From an uncultured delta proteobacterium (GTDB taxonomy: Bacteria > Myxococcota_A > Polyangia > Polyangiales > B10-G4): a stretch of 64,000 bases of DNA. The translations under genes were made by a program, and so were the position numbers. Below the pieces are notes generated by a model. It did no database searches, was not told the DNA's origin, and saw nothing but the letters and a program-made list of their open reading frames with translations. Shown here in pieces: positions 49,558-58,257 of the stretch. Numbering within the stretch: the first letter of the stretch is position 1; each line of letters opens with the position of its first letter. The DNA is taken from NCBI GenBank assembly GCA_963727445.1, contig CAVSGI010000009.1, positions 224,001 to 288,000 of the forward strand, read 5' to 3'.

Positions 49558-51027
49558 TCAGTCGCCCCTCGCTACCGCGTCACTTCCGAGCGCGTGGGTC
49601 TCCGAAGTCGGGGCACGGGCCTCGTCTCCGTCGAGGGTCTGCATGAAGGCCACGACGGCGCTGACCTCGGCGGGGCTGAGGCGTTGACCGTAGGCAGGCA
49701 TGTTGCCGCCGCCCTGCAGCACCTGACGCACGAGCTCGGGGCGGGTCAGGCGCGCGGCGACGCCGTCCAGCGCCGGGCCTCGTTCGCCGCCCTCGCCGCC
49801 GAGCGCATGACAGTTGCGGCAGTTCTTGTTCTGCAAGACCACCGCCCCCTGGCGCTCGAGCGCCGTCCGGCCACGCACGTAACGGACCGGGACCGGCGCC
49901 GCCGTCCACGCGTCCATGTGAGGCGACCAGGGCGCCTCGCTGCCGATCCAGGTCAACAGGCCGAGCACCACGGCGGTGATCGCGACGAGCGCGACCGCCA
50001 CCGGGCGCCGACTGGGCGCGCGTTCGCCTCGGCGGAAGATGAAGGGAACGACCCCGAGGCCGAGCAGCAGCGCCACCGGAAGCCCGAGCATGATCGCCGT
50101 CTCCCAGGAGGGCGGCGCCAGGGCCAGCGCGGCGAAGAGCGGCAGGAAGTACCAATCGGGACGGGGCTCGGCGCTCAGAACGCTGGCGTCGGGTGGAGCG
50201 CCCGGGCCGGTGGGACCGAGCGCGGCAGCGATCACCAGGACGGTGAGCACCGAGAGGGCCGCGAAGATCCCGTCCTTCCAGAACGCACGCGGATAGAAGG
50301 GCTCGCCCTTCGAGAGCAGCTCCTCGTAGTGCGCGTCGTAGCTCTCCTCGTCCACGACCTCGCCTGCAACCGGAGGCTCGGAGATCCCTCGCCGGATCAC
50401 GAGGTAGAGGTGGAGGCCGACGAGACCGAGGAGGATCGCGGGCACGACGAAGACGTGGAGCCCGAAGAAGCGTGAGACCGTGGCGCCTCCGATGTAGTCG
50501 CCGCCGAGCACCAGTCGAACCATCGACGGACCGATCACCGGTAGGCGCCCCATCATCGAGGCGAGGACGTTGACGCCCCAATAGGCCGACTGATCCCAGC
50601 GCAGGATCTGCCCGGAGAAGGCCATCAGCAGGGTGATCAGGAAGAGCAGAGACCCCACCAGCCAGGTGAGCTCCCGTGGGTACTTGAACGCGCCGAAGAG
50701 GAACACCTGCGCCAGGTGGACGCACATCATCACCACCATCCCGCTCGCGCTGAAGTTGTGGAGCGCGCGGAGGAGCCAGCCGAGGGTGACGGCGTGGTTC
50801 AGATGCTGAAGGCTCGCGTACGCCCCCTGTGCCGAGGGCACGTAGAAGAAGGCGAGGAGGGACCCGGTGACGATCTGGACCGCGAGAAAGGTCAGGGTCG
50901 CGCTCCCGAAGACGTACCACCAGTTGACCCCCGGCGGGACGGGGTGGCGGAGCGTCTCGCGTACGAAGTCGCCGAGCTCGAGGCGACGTTCGAACCATCC
51001 GACGAAGCGTGACCACCTCTCGCGCAT
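49558..51027 (-). CDS. qcrB: Cytochrome b fused to a C-terminal cytochrome c
   Basis: RALH..VHL, GLHVF..LHL heme b ligands; Qo motif PDWY; CRNCH...NMP. Confidence 0.93.
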   Translation of the reverse strand: MRERWSRFVGWFERRLELGDFVRETLRHPVPPGVNWWYVFGSATLTFLAVQIVTGSLLAFFYVPSAQGAYASLQHLNHAVTLGWLLRALHNFSASGMVVMMCVHLAQVFLFGAFKYPRELTWLVGSLLFLITLLMAFSGQILRWDQSAYWGVNVLASMMGRLPVIGPSMVRLVLGGDYIGGATVSRFFGLHVFVVPAILLGLVGLHLYLVIRRGISEPPVAGEVVDEESYDAHYEELLSKGEPFYPRAFWKDGIFAALSVLTVLVIAAALGPTGPGAPPDASVLSAEPRPDWYFLPLFAALALAPPSWETAIMLGLPVALLLGLGVVPFIFRRGERAPSRRPVAVALVAITAVVLGLLTWIGSEAPWSPHMDAWTAAPVPVRYVRGRTALERQGAVVLQNKNCRNCHALGGEGGERGPALDGVAARLTRPELVRQVLQGGGNMPAYGQRLSPAEVSAVVAFMQTLDGDEARAPTSETHALGSDAVARGD

Positions 51028-51041
51028 GTTGCCGCTCCTCT

Positions 51042-51587
51042 TCAAGACGATCGCTCGAAGGTGTTGGAGAGCGTCGGCAGATGACCGCCCAGGACCTTGA
51101 GCCGGCGGTTTTCGATCTTCGTCGGGTACTGGTAGAGCCCGCGCGGCGGCGGCCCGGCCGCACGCGATCCGTCCTCGTAGTACACGCCACCATGGCAGGG
51201 GCACATGAAGAGGCCCGACTGACGAAACCAGGTGACGGGACAGCCGAGGTGGGTGCAGTTGGGCGACAGCACGACGAACTCCGAGCTTGCCTTGCGGCGT
51301 ACGTACGCCGACAGGTGTGCGCTCCCGCCGTCGTCGGAGGTGGACCCCGGATGGGTGAAGGACACGGCGCGCGTCTGCCCGACCTCGAAGTCGTCGATGG
51401 GGCCGAGGTCGATCGATTCCTCCGCGTGTTTCCCGAAGAGCGGCCCGAGGACCGCGCCGAGGACCGGTGTGGCGACGGCAGCCGCGGCGAGCCCGCCGAG
51501 GGCCGCGCCGATGCGTGTGAGCCAACTACGGCGCGACTCGGGCTCGGGTGCGTCGCTCGACTCAGCGTTTGGTTCGTCTTCGTTCAT
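51042..51587 (-). CDS. qcrA: Rieske 2Fe-2S subunit
   Basis: Tat motif SRRSWL; CTHLGC, CPCHGG. Confidence 0.95.
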   Translation of the reverse strand: MNEDEPNAESSDAPEPESRRSWLTRIGAALGGLAAAAVATPVLGAVLGPLFGKHAEESIDLGPIDDFEVGQTRAVSFTHPGSTSDDGGSAHLSAYVRRKASSEFVVLSPNCTHLGCPVTWFRQSGLFMCPCHGGVYYEDGSRAAGPPPRGLYQYPTKIENRRLKVLGGHLPTLSNTFERSS

Positions 51588-52327
51588 GGCTCTGCTCTCG
51601 TAGATGGCGTTTCGGTGGAACCGGTGCGCCAGGTGTCGATGAAGGCGACGATGTCTTCGACGTCCTTCGGCTCGAGGGCGGAGAACGACGCGCTACGGCC
51701 CTCCTTCGAGAGGAAGCTCGGCATGTCGAGGTCCGCGCGGCCCGTGATGATCATTCGGCGAAGATCCGCGTTGGGGGTGAGCGCGAGGTAGGCGGGATCG
51801 GAGATCGCGGAGCCGTGCCCGGCGACGCCTTCTCCGCGCGCGCCGTGACAGCTCGCGCAAGCGTCGTGGTAGGCCGCGCGTCCCGCGGCTGGATCGCCGC
51901 CGGGCATCAGCCCTCGGAGCTCTGCGCGCTCGAAGTAGCGCGCCATGGCGTCGACCCTCGGGTCTTGCGCGCGAGCGGCCCACTTCCCTCGCATGGCGTC
52001 GATGAGCGCGTCGATTTCGGCGTCACTGAGCGGACCTCCGCTCGCCTCTTCGAAGGCAGGCATCGAAGGAGGACGTCCGTGAGCGATCACATCGTGGAGC
52101 ACGCGGTCCGACGCGATCGCGAAGAGGAGGGCGTCGTCCAGCGGGGGCGCGGGACCGAGGGACCCCTCGGCGCCGTGGCAGCCCTGACAGTAGAGGGCGT
52201 AGAGCGCCATCGGCTCCGCGTCGCTCCCTGCGTCGGACGGCGCCGCCGTGGGCTCCGTGCAGGCCCACGACGACGTGACGACCGCCGCGAAGAGAGCGAC
52301 GCGTCCGATGTGCCGGGCCGCGTTCAC
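51584..52327 (-). CDS. Di-heme cytochrome c lipoprotein
   Basis: Lipobox SWAC; CQGCH..SMP; CASCH..DMP. Confidence 0.88.
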   Translation of the reverse strand: MNAARHIGRVALFAAVVTSSWACTEPTAAPSDAGSDAEPMALYALYCQGCHGAEGSLGPAPPLDDALLFAIASDRVLHDVIAHGRPPSMPAFEEASGGPLSDAEIDALIDAMRGKWAARAQDPRVDAMARYFERAELRGLMPGGDPAAGRAAYHDACASCHGARGEGVAGHGSAISDPAYLALTPNADLRRMIITGRADLDMPSFLSKEGRSASFSALEPKDVEDIVAFIDTWRTGSTETPSTRAEP

Positions 52328-53112
52328 GGCCCCCCACTCGGATGCCGCGTCGCGACCTTCTCGTGACGCTCGACGATGAAGCCGACCATGATCCCGTAGC
52401 CGAGCTGCGACGCGACGAACCACGGCCACGACACGCGCGCGGCGAGGAGCGGATCGACGATGGCGATGGCGGAGTGGAGGATGCCGCTCCAAAGAAGGGG
52501 CGCGAGGAGGCCGCCCCACACGATGGGGCGTCCGGGGAGCATCGGCAGCAGCGTCGCGTACAAGAACCCGAGCCCGACCGACATCGCGGCGTGGATCCCG
52601 GTACCGACGAGCACGGTGGAGAGATGAAACTGCTCGAGTGACGCGGCGGAGGCGGCGGCCGAGGGGACGACGGCGCCGGCCAGCAGGTTCACCGGATACC
52701 AGATGCCGTGGCCGGAGATGACGCCGTAGCCGAGCGCGACGACGATCATCACCAGCCCGCCCAGGATGCCGCCGCGCGCCCCCGAGGCGTAGGGATGAAC
52801 GAGCTCGGGATGAAGCGCCCGCAGGGGCGCGGCGGGATCGCGCGTCTCCTCCACTTCGGCTGCCACCGGCTCGATCGGAGAAGGGGCGGCGCCGCGCGGC
52901 ACGTGGGTGTGGCTGTGCTCGGAGTAGACGGTGCGCGTCCAACCGATGGCGCCGTGGAGCGCGAACGCTGCACCCAGGAGACTGACGACCGGATGGGTGA
53001 CCCAGCCGGCGCCCGCGAGGGCGAGCCCGACGGCCGCGAAGAAGGGATAGATCGTCGGCGCGGGCACCTCCACGCCGTGTTCATCATGCGCGTCCTTCGT
53101 CGTCGCGTTCAT
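52324..53112 (-). CDS. Oxidase-associated membrane protein (CtaF/subunit IV-like N-terminus plus about 4 TM)
   Basis: VEVPAPTIYP followed by a 2-TM hairpin; position inside the operon. Confidence 0.7.
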   Translation of the reverse strand: MNATTKDAHDEHGVEVPAPTIYPFFAAVGLALAGAGWVTHPVVSLLGAAFALHGAIGWTRTVYSEHSHTHVPRGAAPSPIEPVAAEVEETRDPAAPLRALHPELVHPYASGARGGILGGLVMIVVALGYGVISGHGIWYPVNLLAGAVVPSAAASAASLEQFHLSTVLVGTGIHAAMSVGLGFLYATLLPMLPGRPIVWGGLLAPLLWSGILHSAIAIVDPLLAARVSWPWFVASQLGYGIMVGFIVERHEKVATRHPSGGP

Positions 53113-53113
53113 C

Positions 53114-53701
53114 TCAGCGCCCCACCAGATAGACGAGCGGGAAGATCACGACCCAGACGGCGTCGACGAGATGCCAGTACCAGGAGATCAGCTCTCGCCC
53201 GAGGCTCTTGCCGCGGAACGAGCTCCCGCGGAGCGACGCGGCGAAGACCACGGCGAGGAGCACGACTCCGAGGGTCACGTGCAAGAGATGAAAGCCGACG
53301 AGCGTGTAGAAGGTGGAGCCGAAGGAGCTCGACCACGGCAAGAGCCCGTGCTTCATCAAGTCGGCCCACTCGAGGACCGTCCCGATCACGAAGACGCAGC
53401 CGAGAACCAGCGTTCCGCCCCACCAGAAGAGGAAGCGTCCATGCGCCGACTCGCGCTCCCGCGCGATCGCACGGTGAACGAAGAAGCTGCTGGCGTAGAG
53501 ACAGATCGTCCCCGGCAGAATGGCGGCCACGCTCAGCAGGTCGTGTCGCGCGGGGCCGGTGCCGCCCGCGCCGAGAAAGTAGACGTAGGTCATGATCAGC
53601 GTCCCGAAGAACGCGACCTCGCTGAGCATGAACACCGCCATACCGACCTTGGGCGCGGGGGGACGCACACCCCCGACGTCGGTGTTCGCGATCTCCTTCA
53701 T
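53114..53701 (-). CDS. ctaE: Cytochrome c oxidase subunit III (short, 5-TM form)
   Basis: FMLSEVAFF, FYTLVGFHLLHV, WYWHLVDAVW. Confidence 0.94.
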   Translation of the reverse strand: MKEIANTDVGGVRPPAPKVGMAVFMLSEVAFFGTLIMTYVYFLGAGGTGPARHDLLSVAAILPGTICLYASSFFVHRAIARERESAHGRFLFWWGGTLVLGCVFVIGTVLEWADLMKHGLLPWSSSFGSTFYTLVGFHLLHVTLGVVLLAVVFAASLRGSSFRGKSLGRELISWYWHLVDAVWVVIFPLVYLVGR

Positions 53702-55374
53702 TCGAGCTCCCAGTCCGGATCGTCCGGATGCTTGAGGTCCCAGAGCGGCCGCCGGCTCTGCACTTCGGGCACCTCTTCGAAGTCGTAGGGGGGCGGCGGC
53801 GAGGTGGTCGCCCATTCGAGGGTCCACGCATCCCAGGGATCGTCGCCGGCGGGCTCGCCTCGCTTGAGGGACCACGCGAGGTTCGCGAAGAGGACGGTGA
53901 AGGCCGCCGCGAGAACGAATGCCCCGGCGGTGGCCGCGAGGTTCCACGGCTCGAGTCCCATTCCGGGCTCGAAGGTGTAGACCCGCCGCGGCATGCCCAG
54001 CAGTCCCGCGATGTGCATCGGGCCGAAGGTCAGGTTGAAGCCGACGAGCATCAGCCAGAAGTGGACCCGGCCCAGTCGCTCGCTGAGCATCCGCCCGCTC
54101 ATCTTCGGGAACCAGTAGTAGAGGGCCGCGGTGATCGCGAAGAGGCTTCCGCCGAAGAGCACGTAGTGGAAGTGCGCGACGACGAAGTAGGTGTCGGTGA
54201 CCTGCCAGTCGAAGGGGACGGTCGCGAGCATGATCCCCGTGAGGCCGCCGATCACGAACATGGAGACGAAGCCGATCGCGAAGAGCATCGGGGTCGCCAG
54301 ACGGAGTCGGCCTTTGTACATCGTGGCGATCCAGTTGAAGACCTTGATGCCGGTGGGCACTGCGATGAGCAGGCTCGCGGCCGCGAAGAAGTCGTCGAGC
54401 GGGACGCTCATCCCGACGGCGAACATGTGATGTGCCCACACCGCGAGGCTCAGGAAGCTGATGGCGACGGTGGCGGCGGCGACGGATTCGTATCCGAAGA
54501 TCACCTTTCGCGAGAACACCGGGATGATCTCCGACGCCATGCCGAAGGCGGGCAGCGCCATGATGTAGACCTCCGGGTGACCGAAGAACCAGAAGAGGTG
54601 CTGCCACAGGAGCGCGGAGCCACCTGCGGCGGGTGCGAAGAAGTGCGTTCCGATCCGGCGGTCGAGGAGCAGCATCACCTGCGCTGCGGTGAGCGGGGGG
54701 AAGGCGAAGACGATCAGGAACGACGTGGCCAGCATCATCCACACGAAGAGCGGCAGCTTCCCGATGCTCATCCCCGGGGCGCGCAGCGACACGATGGTGG
54801 CGATCAGGTTGATCGCGCCCCCCACCGTGCCCACGCCGCTGACCAGCAGGCCGAGTGCCCAGAACTCGGGCGCCTGACCTCGTTCGAAGGCGTGGGAGGT
54901 CAGAGGCGAGTAGGCGAACCAGCCGACGTCCGGCGCCGAGCTGTCGACGTAGCTGTAGTAGAGGAGCAGCCCACCGAATGCGAAGGCCCAGAAGCTGAAA
55001 GCGTTCAGCCGCGGGAAGGCCATGTCCCGCGCGCCGATCATCAGGGGCACGAAGTAGTTCGCGAAGCCGATGAGGATCGGCATGACGACGAAGAAGATCA
55101 TCGTCGTCCCGTGCATGGTGAAGAGCTGGTTGTAGGTCTCGGGGCTGAGAACGCCGGCGTGGGGGACGGCCAGCTGCACTCGCATCACCAGCGCCTGGAT
55201 GCCGCCGAGGACCATGAAGAGGCCCGACGTCGCGAGGTACATGATGCCGATGCGCTTGTGGTCCACGGTCGTGGTCCAGCGATCGGAGGGCACCGCGCGC
55301 GTCGCGACGGAGGCCGGCGTCGCCGGTGATGCCGGTGCGCTCAGGGGGACGGGGCTCGTCTGGGTGGGAGGCAC
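53698..55374 (-). CDS. ctaD: Cytochrome c oxidase subunit I, A1 type
   Basis: DHKRIG, TMHG, GARDMAFPRLN, FGHPEVY, WAHHM, PTGIK, AHFHY. Confidence 0.97.
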   Translation of the reverse strand: MPPTQTSPVPLSAPASPATPASVATRAVPSDRWTTTVDHKRIGIMYLATSGLFMVLGGIQALVMRVQLAVPHAGVLSPETYNQLFTMHGTTMIFFVVMPILIGFANYFVPLMIGARDMAFPRLNAFSFWAFAFGGLLLYYSYVDSSAPDVGWFAYSPLTSHAFERGQAPEFWALGLLVSGVGTVGGAINLIATIVSLRAPGMSIGKLPLFVWMMLATSFLIVFAFPPLTAAQVMLLLDRRIGTHFFAPAAGGSALLWQHLFWFFGHPEVYIMALPAFGMASEIIPVFSRKVIFGYESVAAATVAISFLSLAVWAHHMFAVGMSVPLDDFFAAASLLIAVPTGIKVFNWIATMYKGRLRLATPMLFAIGFVSMFVIGGLTGIMLATVPFDWQVTDTYFVVAHFHYVLFGGSLFAITAALYYWFPKMSGRMLSERLGRVHFWLMLVGFNLTFGPMHIAGLLGMPRRVYTFEPGMGLEPWNLAATAGAFVLAAAFTVLFANLAWSLKRGEPAGDDPWDAWTLEWATTSPPPPYDFEEVPEVQSRRPLWDLKHPDDPDWELE

Positions 55375-55395
55375 TGGTTTACGGATCCCTTCGAC

Positions 55396-56403
55396 TCATC
55401 TCAGGCTCATCAGGTAGTCGGTGATCTCTTCGACCTGCGCGTCGGTGAGGCGCATGTCGGGCATCAGGCAGCCGGGCTTGACCGCCTGCGGGTCGCGAAT
55501 CCACGACGCGAGGTGCGCGCGGTCGTTGGGGACCATCCCGCTGCCGAGCGTGTCGCGCGTCATCAGGTGGGTGAGGTCGGGCCCGTTTTCGCCGTTGGCC
55601 TCGGTGCCGCGGATGGTGTGGCAGCTCTGACAGGCCAGATCGAAGAAGGCCGCGCGGCCATCGTGCGCCGACGGATCGTCGACCGCTGGCTCCGCCTGGT
55701 GGGCGAGCCATCGGTCGTAGACGTCGGGGGGATCGGCGACGACCCGCACCATCATGTTCGCGTGCTGCAGCCCGCAGAACTCACCGCACTGACCGCGGTA
55801 GACGCCGGGCTCTCGCACCACGAAGGACGTCTCGTTCGGGTGTCCCGGGATCACGTCGGTCTTGCCGTTCAGCCGTGGGACCCAGAAGCTGTGGATCACG
55901 TCGGCCGACACCAGGCGCAGCGCGATCGGCGTTCCCGTCGGAACGTGGAGCTCGTTGGCGGTGACCGTCGGCGCGGCATCGGGCGCGTCGCCCTGGTAAG
56001 CGTAGCGCCACCACCAGCGGTAGCCGTCGACCGTGACGTGTACCGGATCCTCGCGCGGCATCGCGCGGATCTGACCGGTGACGCGCACCACTACGAGAAA
56101 GATGACGAAGACGATCAGAAGCGGCGCGACCGTCCACGCCACTTCGATCGGCTTGCTCCCGTAGAGCTGCGGCGGCTCAGCGAGGCGACGCTCTCCCTCG
56201 CGCTGTCTGAAGCGGAAGACGAAGTAGAGGAGCGCCCCCTGGACCAGCAGGAAGATGACCGCACAGATGGCCAGCACCAGGATGGACACCCCACCGATCG
56301 CGTCGGCTTCGGGCGTCGCAGGTGACAGCACCTGCAACGGCACGCAGCCGAGCACGAGGCCCCCTGCCCAACGAGGGGCGGGCCTCTCTGCTTCGTGCAC
56401 CAC
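55396..56403 (-). CDS. ctaC: Cytochrome c oxidase subunit II with fused cytochrome c (caa3); start uncertain
   Basis: DVIHSFWVP, CGEFCGLQHANM (CuA), CQSCH. Confidence 0.95.
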   Translation of the reverse strand: MVHEAERPAPRWAGGLVLGCVPLQVLSPATPEADAIGGVSILVLAICAVIFLLVQGALLYFVFRFRQREGERRLAEPPQLYGSKPIEVAWTVAPLLIVFVIFLVVVRVTGQIRAMPREDPVHVTVDGYRWWWRYAYQGDAPDAAPTVTANELHVPTGTPIALRLVSADVIHSFWVPRLNGKTDVIPGHPNETSFVVREPGVYRGQCGEFCGLQHANMMVRVVADPPDVYDRWLAHQAEPAVDDPSAHDGRAAFFDLACQSCHTIRGTEANGENGPDLTHLMTRDTLGSGMVPNDRAHLASWIRDPQAVKPGCLMPDMRLTDAQVEEITDYLMSLR

Positions 56404-56529
56404 AACTACTCACTAGGCGCGTCGCATCGATATCAAGTCGACCCAGAGGCCTCTGAACTCACCGGCTACTCGAAGAGCCAGCCGCCCTGCTGTGTCCGCT
56501 TTTCGCACGTGATTTCGACCTTCGAGACT

Positions 56530-56545
56530 TGGCACGGAGCTTGGT
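56530..56545 (+). promoter_or_regulatory. Possible sigma54 promoter for the 56560 gene
   Basis: TGGCACG-GAGC-TTGGT (mismatch at the -12 C). Confidence 0.45.
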
Positions 56546-56559
56546 ACTGCAGCCGTTCC

Positions 56560-58257
56560 ATGCGTACTTGGACTCTCCTCATCCTCATGTCCCTCATGGG
56601 CGGTTGCGCGGCCAATACCGGCGGCCCGGCCCTGGACGATGCCGACAACCCCTTCCTCGAGACCGACAGCAGCAAGGACGACAGCGGGTATCTGAACCTG
56701 CGCGGGGTCGAAGCCGAGGTCACCATCGAGGCCGACCTCGAGGCGCCGGAGTATCGCTTCTTCGACGGCCCGGCCGACCTGGCCCAATACGCCGTCACCT
56801 ATCTGCGCAGCGGTCGCGGCATCTACATGGAGATCCTGGCAGAGGACGCGGACGCACCGAATCGGGTGGAGTGGCAGGTCGACGGAGAGTGGGTCTCACG
56901 CGAGCAGGCCCGCGCGGCCGGCATCGAGAACCTGCGCCGCTTCCGCCTGCGCGGCGTCAACGTCGTGTTCATGGACGGCGCCGACTCGCTCGCCAGCGGC
57001 GACGTGATCGAGGCGAAGGTTCCGGTCCGTCCCTACGCCACGATGCAGGAAGGGGGACCCGCCTGCACCGATCCCGACGCGCATCTCGGCTTGGACCAGG
57101 GCATCTACTGGTACCTCTGGAATCCGGATCACAGCGGCTGCACCGTCGACACGCAGCAGATGACGCTCACCGTGGACCGCGTCCTGCCGCGTAACCCCGA
57201 GTCCTATCCCGAGTACGACGAGCTCCTGGCCGACGGCCGCATCGAGGCCGCCGTGGTCTTCGGCAAGCTCGACGAGGGCAACGTCGAGGACGACTACAAC
57301 TGGCGCAACGTCGACGCGCTCGCCCACTTCCTCGAGAGCGCCGGCTTCGCCCGCGCGGAGGAGGCGCCCGAGGGTGCGCGTCGCTACGAGAAGCAGGCCG
57401 GTGACTTCGTGGAGTCGGTGGACATCTACGGCCCCGACTTCTTCCACAGCGTCGCCGACTACTCGCGCCTCGCCAACTGGCAGCGCGCCGTCAACGAGCA
57501 CGAGATCGTGATGTACAACGGCCACAGCGTGCTCGGCTCGGGCATGGCCTTCGAGCAGGTCGAATACCCGGAGAAGTACCAGATCTTCCAGGTCGCCAGC
57601 TGCCTCAGCTACGAGTACTACGTGCGCCCGATCCTCGCCGGGAAGGGCTCCTGGGATTCGGTCGACGTGGTCTCGAACGTCGAGCCCACCTACTACACCG
57701 AGAACATCCCGCTGACCTCGACCATCCTCGCCCAGATCTTCAAGGGCGCGGAGAACGGCGGCAACAAGTCCTGGCAGGACATCATGAACGCAGTGAGCAA
57801 CCGCCTGGGCCACGCCCGCTTCGGCGTCAGCGGTGCCCGTGACAACTGCTTCACGCCCACCGGCGACCGCTGTGGCGCGCCGCCGCCCCCGCCCGCGGGT
57901 GACGATGCGCGCTTCGAGAGCACCGGCGCGGTGGACATCCCCGACGACGATCCGGCTGGCGCGACCAGCATCATCGACGCCGAGAGCGACGCCACCATCG
58001 GGTCACTCAGCGTCGAGCTCGACATCACGCACACCTACGTGGGCGACCTCCACATCGAGCTCACCCACGGCGGGACCACCGCCGTCCTCTGGGATCGCCA
58101 GGGCGGTGGCGAGGACGACATCCACCAGTCCTTCGACCTGTCGGACTTCGACGGTCAGGCGGCCGGAGGCGAGTGGAAGCTCCAGGTGGTCGACGGCGCG
58201 GGCCGCGATGTCGGCACCATCGACAGCTGGGCGATCGTCATCACCCCGGCGGGGTGA
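56560..58257 (+). CDS. Lipoprotein with a putative clan CD His-Cys domain and a C-terminal proprotein-convertase P domain
   Basis: Lipobox MGGC; IVMYNGHS...YQIFQVASC; IPD..ITHTYVGDL..GEWKLQVVD..GTIDSW. Confidence 0.87.
   Translation: MRTWTLLILMSLMGGCAANTGGPALDDADNPFLETDSSKDDSGYLNLRGVEAEVTIEADLEAPEYRFFDGPADLAQYAVTYLRSGRGIYMEILAEDADAPNRVEWQVDGEWVSREQARAAGIENLRRFRLRGVNVVFMDGADSLASGDVIEAKVPVRPYATMQEGGPACTDPDAHLGLDQGIYWYLWNPDHSGCTVDTQQMTLTVDRVLPRNPESYPEYDELLADGRIEAAVVFGKLDEGNVEDDYNWRNVDALAHFLESAGFARAEEAPEGARRYEKQAGDFVESVDIYGPDFFHSVADYSRLANWQRAVNEHEIVMYNGHSVLGSGMAFEQVEYPEKYQIFQVASCLSYEYYVRPILAGKGSWDSVDVVSNVEPTYYTENIPLTSTILAQIFKGAENGGNKSWQDIMNAVSNRLGHARFGVSGARDNCFTPTGDRCGAPPPPPAGDDARFESTGAVDIPDDDPAGATSIIDAESDATIGSLSVELDITHTYVGDLHIELTHGGTTAVLWDRQGGGEDDIHQSFDLSDFDGQAAGGEWKLQVVDGAGRDVGTIDSWAIVITPAG

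Noticed and set aside
56423..56455. FNR box upstream of the oxidase operon
   Set aside because: Only one TTGAT half-site; the nearby 12-bp palindrome CAGAGGCCTCTG cannot be assigned
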